From positions 12,570 through 76,569 of the forward strand of contig CALCZP010000004.1 in NCBI GenBank assembly GCA_937903035.1: a stretch of 64,000 bases of DNA, written 5' to 3'. Positions 1 to 7,430 of this stretch are shown here, piece after piece; the stretch's first letter is position 1; the number at the start of each line of letters is the position of its first letter. Made by a program: the position numbers and the translations under genes. The DNA comes from an uncultured bacterium (GTDB lineage Bacteria > Patescibacteriota > Minisyncoccia > Phycocordibacterales > UBA9973). The notes beneath the pieces are model-generated. The model had not been told where the DNA came from. It made no database searches and was given only the letters and a program-made list of their open reading frames with translations.

Positions 1-221
1 TTCTCTTTAATAAGAGTAAGTAGTTGGCTTTCACTCATGTCATTTACCAAAGCGACACCTTCAGAAAGAGCACTGTCCATTTTCTTAAGAAATTCTTTAT
101 CATCTTTTCGCCAACGATAAACACTATTACGAGATAGTCCTGTTTTCTCACATGCAACTTGAACTATTGGCACCTTCCGAAGTTCATCAAGGAACTGATC
201 TTGAAATTTATTCTTTTTCAT
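1..221 (-). CDS. phBC6A51-like HTH / terminase small subunit-like protein (runs off window)
   Basis: Not in ORF track. Translated from ATG 221: MKKNKFQDQFLDELRKVPIVQVACEKTGLSRNSVYRWRKDDKEFLKKMDSAL; overlaps the methylase stop. Confidence 0.7.
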   Translation of the reverse strand, partial: MKKNKFQDQFLDELRKVPIVQVACEKTGLSRNSVYRWRKDDKEFLKKMDSALSEGVALVNDMSESQLLTLIKE

Positions 222-1485
222 AGAAGTTCTTGATTACCTGTGCTTTGCGACCAGTTAATTTTTCGTATCTGCGAATTGCCAAATCGCAGAACACAGGTTC
301 TATCTCTAGGGAATAGACCTTTCGCCCAAGTTGTTCTGCACAGATCATGGTGCTTGCGGATCCAGAGAAGGCGTCAAAAATAATGTCTCCTGGTTTGGTG
401 CAACGCATAATAAACTTATGGTGGAGTTCAGGATTTTTACTTGTTGCATGCTCCATTTGATTTGCAGGAAGTCGTTTTGTCGCCCAGATATTTGAGATAT
501 CTTCTAGAAGCTGATTGCCAGTTCCGTAGTCTTTGTTTTGTACTTCGTTGAGATTTTTTACGAGATCAGAAATATATGGAGACCCTTTTGTGCCATACAC
601 GCAATACTCGAGGCACTTATTGAACGCCACGGTAGGTGTCGGCGATGAATTGTTTTTGATCCAGACATTGAGCCGTCTATTCTTAACTTCATGCTCCATA
701 TAGAGTGTTTGAAATACCCACACCCACGCTTCATCGCACCAGAAAGCGACGTGTACGTCCTTAGTAGATACAGCTAGTGAAGACTTAAGAACTTTGCGAA
801 TAAATTCTTTGTATTCTTCAGGTGATTGGTTGTCGTCAAATGTGCCACCATAGTTGGATTTATTGCCAACCCCTTTGTCATATGAAAGTCCGATATTAAA
901 GGGTGGGTCATTATATATAGCGGTAGCTTTATCATCGCCAAATAGTTTTTTAACGGCATTTATATCGGTTGAACTAGCACATAATAATTTGTGACCACCC
1001 ATGACAATCAGATCACCAGGTTTTGTTTGTGGTGTTTTGATTTTCTTTAATTCTTTCTCAACATCGAATTTATCGTCTTTAGTATCTTTTTCTTCGTCCC
1101 AAAACTTAACCAATTCTTTTTCGTTGAATCCAGCGAACTGTAAAAGCTCTAGATCAAATGACTTGAGCTTTTCAAAATCCCATTCGCCGTCGTTAATATT
1201 GCTTTCGATCGCAATCTTGCGACGTTCTTCGTCAGTCAATTTACGATCAGGAATCAACACATTTACTTGCTTAATACCGAGCTGTATCAAAGCAGTTTTT
1301 CTTTGATTACCTGAAATAATCGTATTGTCTGTATCAATAACGATTACACTATGAAAACCACTTTGAATGATCTTCTCTTTTAATTTTTCCATAGCGACCC
1401 GTGAGATTTTTCTTGGATTTTCTTTCCAAGGGAGCAGGTCTGTGACATCTCGAACTCCTGTTGTCCATGAAGGTTTTTTATTCAT
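208..1485 (-). CDS. ParB N-terminal domain + N4/N6 DNA methyltransferase
   Basis: N-terminal ENPRKI/IISGNQR ParB-like region; NDPPF catalytic motif; HATSKN; DAFSGSAST SAM-binding motif. Confidence 0.9.
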   Translation of the reverse strand: MNKKPSWTTGVRDVTDLLPWKENPRKISRVAMEKLKEKIIQSGFHSVIVIDTDNTIISGNQRKTALIQLGIKQVNVLIPDRKLTDEERRKIAIESNINDGEWDFEKLKSFDLELLQFAGFNEKELVKFWDEEKDTKDDKFDVEKELKKIKTPQTKPGDLIVMGGHKLLCASSTDINAVKKLFGDDKATAIYNDPPFNIGLSYDKGVGNKSNYGGTFDDNQSPEEYKEFIRKVLKSSLAVSTKDVHVAFWCDEAWVWVFQTLYMEHEVKNRRLNVWIKNNSSPTPTVAFNKCLEYCVYGTKGSPYISDLVKNLNEVQNKDYGTGNQLLEDISNIWATKRLPANQMEHATSKNPELHHKFIMRCTKPGDIIFDAFSGSASTMICAEQLGRKVYSLEIEPVFCDLAIRRYEKLTGRKAQVIKNFYEKE

Positions 1486-1659
1486 AGAGTTTTTATTTAA
1501 TTACTTATAAATTTGTAGATGACTAATCTACTAACTCCATGAAATCAAAAAGGTACATAGTCATGTAATCACCACAAAATTGAGTAGTATAAAGAAAAAA
1601 CGCCTATTTAAAGGCGATTTTTCAAAGTTATCCACTCAACTTGGTGTCAACTTAGGAAT

Positions 1660-2292
1660 TTATTCTTTTTCTATGTGGATTTTTGGATTGATACGATACC
1701 CAGATCCTTTCTTTCCTTGAATGAGTTTCGTCTTCTTAGGAAGTCTTAGAGTGTTTATTGCGTAATCATTAAAAGTCTGAACCATTTTTGCTACCGCTTG
1801 TGATGAGGGGCAAGAGAGTATTCTTTGTAAGTCTTTTGTTTGTATATATGCATCTCGGTCAAGTAATGTTTCAAGTAATTTCTTTCTTTTTCCATTTTCA
1901 GTAAGGTCATATGAAAATAGTTTGCCGCCTAAATGTCTATCGAGCGATCCGTTATCTCTGTCGTAGATAATCACGTTACTATCTTGGCTTGAAGATAGAA
2001 GTCGCTTGTGATTTTTATTCAACTCCTGAAGTTCTTCTAAGATGTCATATTCAACAGGGCGACGATATACTATGGCTGGATATTCTACTGGCTCAAAAAG
2101 TTTTGCTTGTTCGCGAACGCGATTCATTTGTTCAATAATTGGTTGTGCAACTTTTTTGATATTTTCAATCATTTCAGCATGTCTTTTACCAATCTCTTGA
2201 AATTGAGAAATCTGCCCCTCACTTAAAGTAGGGGGATGTATTTTTGCCACCAGTTCACCAACAGTCATTGGTTTTTTCTGCTCGTCTGCCAT
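1660..2292 (-). CDS. Hypothetical protein with C-terminal winged-helix (OmpR-like) domain
   Basis: C-terminal LIQGKKGSGYRIN wing motif; divergent from lexA. Confidence 0.6.
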   Translation of the reverse strand: MADEQKKPMTVGELVAKIHPPTLSEGQISQFQEIGKRHAEMIENIKKVAQPIIEQMNRVREQAKLFEPVEYPAIVYRRPVEYDILEELQELNKNHKRLLSSSQDSNVIIYDRDNGSLDRHLGGKLFSYDLTENGKRKKLLETLLDRDAYIQTKDLQRILSCPSSQAVAKMVQTFNDYAINTLRLPKKTKLIQGKKGSGYRINPKIHIEKE

Positions 2293-2298
2293 GTAGTT

Positions 2299-2350
2299 AT
2301 GATAGCAAATACTTGCTTTTTTGTATAGAGTAATTTATACTATTTATACC
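2299..2350. promoter_or_regulatory. Divergent promoters with candidate LexA operator palindromes
   Basis: TTGCTT(2313)-N17-TATACT(2336) before lexA; TATCAT 6 nt before the divergent ATG; palindromes AGCAA-N4-TTGCT (2304-2317) and GTATA-N8-TATAC (2323-2340). Confidence 0.55.
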
Positions 2351-2968
2351 ATGACAAATAACCTAAGTGATAAAGATAAAAAAGCGTTTGCCCTTATCCG
2401 TAACAAGATTGTTCATTATGGCAAAAGTCCTACACTTAGTGAGATTAACGAGGTTACAGGTGGAGCTTCTCCACGATCTGCAAGCCTAGTAATTAATCGA
2501 CTAATCGATGCAGGACTTATAAAGAAAATCGGGCGACAACTTATCCTTACTGGATCACAGACAACAGCTTCAATAAGCACAGTTGATGTTCCGTTGGTTG
2601 GTGCTGTGACTTGTGGTGCTCCTGTTCTTGCCGAAGAAAATATTCAAGCACTAATTCCTGTCTCAACAGGTTTAGCAAAGAAAGGATCGAAATATTTTCT
2701 TTTGCGTGCTATGGGTGACTCGATGAATCTTGCGGGTATTAATAGTGGAGATCTGCTTTTGATTCGACAGCAAGATACAGCAGAAGATAATGAAAAAGTT
2801 GTTGCTCTTATAAATGACGAAGCAACCGTCAAAGTGTTCAAGAAAGCGAATGGTGCCGTTGTACTTCAACCGAAATCAACAAACAAAAACCACAAGCCGA
2901 TTATATTAACAGATAACTGCATCATACAAGGAGTAGTCGTTGCTGTACTTCCTGGTGATCTATATTAA
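2351..2968 (+). CDS. lexA: LexA-family repressor (S24 peptidase)
   Basis: wHTH SPTLSEI; VPLVGAVTCG-AP cleavage site; GDSM serine; TVKVF lysine; ATG 2351 follows the promoter. Confidence 0.9.
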   Translation: MTNNLSDKDKKAFALIRNKIVHYGKSPTLSEINEVTGGASPRSASLVINRLIDAGLIKKIGRQLILTGSQTTASISTVDVPLVGAVTCGAPVLAEENIQALIPVSTGLAKKGSKYFLLRAMGDSMNLAGINSGDLLLIRQQDTAEDNEKVVALINDEATVKVFKKANGAVVLQPKSTNKNHKPIILTDNCIIQGVVVAVLPGDLY

Positions 2969-2972
2969 AAAT

Positions 2973-3200
2973 ATGGCAAAAAATATTCACACTGTTTACA
3001 ACTCAGAGCGTGGGATGTGGGAAAATAAAAAAGAAGGCTCTTCTTCTCCTGTTTCTTCGCACCACACAAAAGAAAATGCTCTTGATAGAGCAGAAAATAT
3101 TGCTGAAAAAGCAAAGGTCGAACATTTTATTCATGGTAAAGACGGAAAAATCCAGGAGCGTAACAGCTATGGAAACGATCCTTTCCCACCACGGGGTTAA
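2973..3200 (+). CDS. DUF2188 domain protein
   Basis: HHTKENA...FIHGKDGKIQERNSYGNDPFPPRG, the typical DUF2188 C-terminus. Confidence 0.85.
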   Translation: MAKNIHTVYNSERGMWENKKEGSSSPVSSHHTKENALDRAENIAEKAKVEHFIHGKDGKIQERNSYGNDPFPPRG

Positions 3201-3206
3201 AACACT

Positions 3207-4130
3207 ATGGCTATTCCGCTTTCTCAACTGACAACATGGTCAAATCAGGGTGCTACTGTTTCAGCAAAAACAACACACGAATCTATTCGGACGGCACTAA
3301 CACACGATCAATCTCCACTTAAAGATCGTATCAGTAACGGCTCGGTAAAAATCTATCTCCAAGGATCGTATAAAAATGATACAAACATTCGAGCAGATAG
3401 CGATGTGGATGTAGTTGTCGAACTAACAACCACATTTGGTCATAATGCACACGAACTTCCTTATGATCAGAAAAATGCTCATGATCAGGCATACAGTAGT
3501 GCTGTTTATGATTGGCAAGATTTACGCAGAGATGTTATCTCTGCTCTGACTAAATATTACGGACTACTATCTGTTGATACAAGTGGTAATAAGTCAATTA
3601 AACTCAAACCTTCTTCAGGAAGGCTAAAGGCTGATATTGTTCCTGTTATAAATTATCGAAAATATGATTATTTTTATGGTACCACTAGCCATAATGCAGA
3701 AGAGGGTGTGAAGTTTTATCATCGCACAACAAATCGCGGAATTATAAATTATCCAGAGCACCACTATCAAAATGGAGTTAATAAAAATTCAGATACTCGT
3801 ACAGGTGGGCGTTTTAAACCAACAGTACGAATTTTCAAGAATATGAGAAACCATCTTGTTGATACAGGTAAACTTGCCGACGGTGTAGCACCATCATATT
3901 TCTTGCAGTCATTAGTTTATAATGTCCCTGATGAGCACTTCAATGGTGATAATTCCACAACCGTGCACGCCGTATTAAAACATCTCTGGTCTGCATTACC
4001 TTTGGGACAATGTGTGTGTCAAAACCATTTTCATGAATTATTTGGTGAAAGCGAGGAGCAATGGAATCAAGATGATGCGGTAAAAACTATTAGTGCTTTT
4101 GTAGAGCTTTGGGATAACTGGAATCAATAA
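3207..4130 (+). CDS. cdnE: CBASS cyclic dinucleotide synthase, CdnE-like CD-NTase
   Basis: QGSYKNDTNIRADSDVDVVV, ADIVP, IINYPEHHYQNG, APSYFLQSLVYNVPD; colinear with Rhodothermus marinus CdnE as recalled. Confidence 0.92.
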   Translation: MAIPLSQLTTWSNQGATVSAKTTHESIRTALTHDQSPLKDRISNGSVKIYLQGSYKNDTNIRADSDVDVVVELTTTFGHNAHELPYDQKNAHDQAYSSAVYDWQDLRRDVISALTKYYGLLSVDTSGNKSIKLKPSSGRLKADIVPVINYRKYDYFYGTTSHNAEEGVKFYHRTTNRGIINYPEHHYQNGVNKNSDTRTGGRFKPTVRIFKNMRNHLVDTGKLADGVAPSYFLQSLVYNVPDEHFNGDNSTTVHAVLKHLWSALPLGQCVCQNHFHELFGESEEQWNQDDAVKTISAFVELWDNWNQ

Positions 4131-4132
4131 TT

Positions 4133-4732
4133 ATGCAAAATATACACCCATATTCAATAAATTCTGAAGAACACAAGTATGTATCGCTCTACCTTGCGGT
4201 ATTATCCATATTACTTGCTTGGGGTTTATATCTTTTCTCAAAAAATGTCTTTGTGCTTCCGTGGTGGATTGAGGCTCCTTCGGTGATTGGTTTTTACGGA
4301 ATTTTACATAAGTGGTTCGAGACTAAGTTATGGAGAAATAATTTTATTCGTAAAATTACTAGTATAAAAACTCCTATCGTAGATGGAAATTGGTCTGGAA
4401 CCATAACATCTCATTCAAATCATGCTAACGGTCCAATACAGATTAAGAAATTTTGTATTAAACAAACGTGGACTCATCTACTTATTTATCTAGAAACAGA
4501 AACATCCGAATCTTTCAGTTTTGAGGCATCAATGAATGTTGATGAGTTTGGAACGGCTCGAATACATTATCAATACAGAAACAAACCAAAAGATAATGCT
4601 CCCGAAAGTATGCACATACATGAAGGATCAGCATCTGCAAAACTAGAAGATGAAGGAACGCTTCAAACAGAGTATTACTCAGGTAGAGATCGTAACAATA
4701 CAGGCTCTTTTGAAGTTAAAAAGTTACAATAG
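4133..4732 (+). CDS. cap15: CBASS effector Cap15 (2TM + beta-barrel)
   Basis: Two N-terminal TM helices, then P-x-V-D-G-x-W-x-G, IKQTWT and MHIHEG in a beta-rich domain; 2 nt downstream of the CD-NTase. Confidence 0.88.
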   Translation: MQNIHPYSINSEEHKYVSLYLAVLSILLAWGLYLFSKNVFVLPWWIEAPSVIGFYGILHKWFETKLWRNNFIRKITSIKTPIVDGNWSGTITSHSNHANGPIQIKKFCIKQTWTHLLIYLETETSESFSFEASMNVDEFGTARIHYQYRNKPKDNAPESMHIHEGSASAKLEDEGTLQTEYYSGRDRNNTGSFEVKKLQ

Positions 4733-4781
4733 ATTGTAACTTTTATAGTCAATCCTGTGTCACTTTTGTCACTTTTTATCA

Positions 4782-4912
4782 CTCGACAAGGGTCGATCTG
4801 ATATAATTAGAAAAGCTAAAAAAGCTTTGTGGTGCAATGAATCCCAAGGTCGCACCACGACTAGGCTCACAAAGCAAAAAGCGCTTCGCAAGAGGCGCTT
4901 TTTGCTTTGTGA
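4782..4912 (+). repeat. Copy A of ~130-bp unit (site-74 bp-site-hairpin)
   Basis: CTCGACAAGGGTCG at 4782, CACGACTAGGCTCACAAA at 4856, then a long GCAA-loop hairpin; same layout as 6471-6601. Confidence 0.65.
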
Positions 4913-5056
4913 TTTTTTCAGCATATATGTTGAAAAAAGAATCGAACCGGGAAAGGGTCGGGAAACGGGAGTTTCCCGTGGAGGAAGGCAGGCGAAGCCG
5001 TTGGAAAACCGTGGGTTTCCAAAGTGTGAGATAATGAAATGTCCCCGTAGGGTCAC
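4863..5056 (+). other. Highly structured tRNA-associated palindromic element
   Basis: Serial hairpins (GCAA, GGGA and GAA loops), inverted tRNA T-arm GAATCGAACC, terminal tRNA-Glu-like 3' end. Confidence 0.55.
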
Positions 5057-5095
5057 TATTTAGAGAGCCCTCGAGAAGCGTCATAATAAATTACT

Positions 5096-5785
5096 ATGAA
5101 AAGACAAAACAACATACAAGCACAAATTAAAAGAGCCTCAGAAATTTTACCGAAAATCGAACAAGAATATAATAACTCTCTACACAAAAAAGAAGTTAGT
5201 GACGATTTAAAATTGGATATTCAAACTTTTTTAGGACACTTAAGATCTGCCTTAGATTACTTATCAAAGGATATAATTGAAAAATATTGTCCTAATGTAG
5301 ATAAATCATATTTCCCAATTAGGCATGACAAAAATTCTTTTATGAAAATGATGTCCGAATCTTATCCGGAGCTTATTTCACATTCTCCTGCTCTATACTC
5401 ATATCTGGAATCAATACAGCCATATACTAATTCGGATAACTCATGGCTAGCTCATTTCAATAAACTTAATAATGAAAACAAACATAACGATTTAGTTGAA
5501 CAAATACGAACAGAAACCGAGAGGGTTAATGTGGAGATTAATGGGGGTGGTAGTGTAAATTGGGACCCTTCGGCAGTTAGATTTAGTGGACCAGGTGTTT
5601 ATATAGGAGGAGTTCCTGTGGATTTTAATACTCAAATACCAGTACAATCAAATACTCAAACTGTAACTATCCAAACATGGATTGATTTCAAATTTAGTGA
5701 TATTGAAACTTCTGCCCTTCACTTACTAAAAGAGTCACTAAGCAAAATAAAAGATATAAACACTGAGATTGTTAAATTTCTATAA
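5096..5785 (+). CDS. Hypothetical protein, HEPN-like helical fold suspected
   Basis: LRSALDYL...YFPI...LNNENKH motif pattern; AT-rich cargo gene. Confidence 0.6.
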   Translation: MKRQNNIQAQIKRASEILPKIEQEYNNSLHKKEVSDDLKLDIQTFLGHLRSALDYLSKDIIEKYCPNVDKSYFPIRHDKNSFMKMMSESYPELISHSPALYSYLESIQPYTNSDNSWLAHFNKLNNENKHNDLVEQIRTETERVNVEINGGGSVNWDPSAVRFSGPGVYIGGVPVDFNTQIPVQSNTQTVTIQTWIDFKFSDIETSALHLLKESLSKIKDINTEIVKFL

Positions 5786-5802
5786 TTATTGGAAATAATA
5801 TT

Positions 5803-6468
5803 ATGATTGGCGCAATATTAAAACTTTCATATAACCAAATTGGAGAAAATACTATTATTGGGGGTATATGTGGGACGTGTTTTGCTATTGATAGACATAG
5901 GTTACTAACAGCTGAACATATTATTTCTAAAAATAGTTTTACACCGGACAATGGCTTTGAGAAAGTGCGGTACTGGGCATTACTTGAGTCTGGTCAAAAT
6001 ATTGAGATATATAAAAATAACATAGAAAGTAAAAGAGAAAAAGATCTTAGTATTATAAAAACATCTAAATGGATAAATGGTAAAGTTCTAAAAGTAATAA
6101 ATTCTGAGACAAATATTAACTCAACATGTGGGAATTATGGATACACAGCAAGAACAATGCCTGACATAGATGGTGCTTGGAGTAAAAGAAAATTCAATAT
6201 TAAGTTCCATTCTTTACAAGAAAACAGAATTCATTCAAGCGGTTATGTTAAATCAATAAAAAATGCAGAAGTTAATACTAATGATTTAAATTTAAAATCA
6301 AGAATCCTAGAACTTAGTTATGGCGGTCGAGAAGGTATGTCGGGCGGCTGTTTACAAAATGAAAATAATGAAATAATTGGTTTGATGTCATTTGGGTTAC
6401 CTCCAGATCAAGCAGTAAAAAATATTCTATTCGCAGTTGATATAAGAGAAATTATAAATTATTTATAG
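5803..6468 (+). CDS. Trypsin-like serine protease, no signal peptide
   Basis: GTCFAI..LLTAEH (His), DLSII (Asp), GMSGG (Ser). Confidence 0.85.
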   Translation: MIGAILKLSYNQIGENTIIGGICGTCFAIDRHRLLTAEHIISKNSFTPDNGFEKVRYWALLESGQNIEIYKNNIESKREKDLSIIKTSKWINGKVLKVINSETNINSTCGNYGYTARTMPDIDGAWSKRKFNIKFHSLQENRIHSSGYVKSIKNAEVNTNDLNLKSRILELSYGGREGMSGGCLQNENNEIIGLMSFGLPPDQAVKNILFAVDIREIINYL

Positions 6469-6470
6469 CG

Positions 6471-6601
6471 CTCGAGAAGGGTCGAAGTGCAATACTAAAA
6501 AGCACCAGTAAACCTTACGGGGTAAAGTAACACTTGGTTCTATCTCGAGAAGGCTCACAAATACAAAACACCTCTTACGAGGTGTTTTGTATTTGTGAGC
6601 C
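6471..6601 (+). repeat. Copy B of ~130-bp unit (site-73 bp-site-hairpin)
   Basis: CTCGAGAAGGGTCG at 6471, CTCGAGAAGGCTCACAAA at 6544, perfect hairpin GGCTCACAAATACAAAACACCTC-TTAC-GAGGTGTTTTGTATTTGTGAGCC. Confidence 0.65.
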
Positions 6602-6632
6602 GGAGGGTAGTGTACAAAATAATTACTTAAGA

Positions 6633-7280
6633 TTAATTACTATATTTAATCTGCTGGTACTCTGCCATTAATGCATTATAAATATCTGTATATTTACTAT
6701 AAATATCATTTAATTCAGCATTTCGTTGTTCTATTGTTGAAATACCTGGAGCACTTTTCACAGCTGCCGAATCCTTTGCATATTTTGCATTAAGATTAGC
6801 AATCTGTAGATTTATAGCATCAAGCTTTTTTTGTTTATCAGCTATTTTTGCGTTTATAACATCTTGTTCTCTTTGTGCTTGTTTTTTTACAGTTTCTGCA
6901 TCCTTTAGCGCTTTTAATTCGATCAACCTATCTTCTTCTGTCTTAATCGAAGCAGCTCTCGCCAATTCATCTACTGTTTGTTTAACAACTAAGGCGTCGC
7001 TATCTTTTGCTTTAGATGTTACTTTTGTTTGTGCCTTAATAGCTGCTGAATTATCAACTTGAGAAGCAGTAAGAGATTCAGCGACCGGAGCAACTGAAGT
7101 ATTTTTAAGCGTTTTTTCAAGTTCATTAATTCTATTGTTTAACTCCTGTGTTTTAACATCTATTTTTGGAGTAAACGTCCAGTTATTGAACCATGTTTTT
7201 GGTTGCCACCAAGCAGCGTTTGTAACCGTAGGAAATGCTAAAAAAAATCCTAGAAATAATAGTGAAATTAATTTTTTCAT
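6633..7280 (-). CDS. Secreted coiled-coil protein
   Basis: Sec signal peptide ending TNA-AWWQPKTW; heptad-rich C-terminus. Confidence 0.7.
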   Translation of the reverse strand: MKKLISLLFLGFFLAFPTVTNAAWWQPKTWFNNWTFTPKIDVKTQELNNRINELEKTLKNTSVAPVAESLTASQVDNSAAIKAQTKVTSKAKDSDALVVKQTVDELARAASIKTEEDRLIELKALKDAETVKKQAQREQDVINAKIADKQKKLDAINLQIANLNAKYAKDSAAVKSAPGISTIEQRNAELNDIYSKYTDIYNALMAEYQQIKYSN

Positions 7281-7430
7281 ACTTAAAAGTAATTATTAAA
7301 TGCCTAATCTCTTAATTATGCTACCAGATTGATTTTAGTCAATCATTTAAGTATTTAGATATAAGATTGTTTCAATTTGCTCCTAATTTGGTCGCAAAAA
7401 AAAGAAGCACCACTTAGTGCTTCTTTATGC

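Larger units (their letters stand above)
1..5056. mobile_element. Right end of an integrated element (prophage remnant/ICE-like) with defence cargo; left end outside window; further accreted cargo to ~6600
   Basis: AT-rich tract with terminase-small-like HTH, ParB-methylase, LexA and CBASS. It ends at a tRNA-Glu-like 3' fragment CCCCGTAGGGTCAC (5043-5056). No integrase in the window, so the boundary is inferred. Confidence 0.6.

Noticed and set aside
4769-5084. Four short overlapping ORFs in the ORF track
   Set aside because: They arise from a GC-rich palindromic element and show no protein-like motifs.
4782-6601. CRISPR array or classical integron attC cassettes
   Set aside because: The repeats are ~14 bp with irregular spacing and lack RYYYAAC/GTTRRRY ends; no intI seen.
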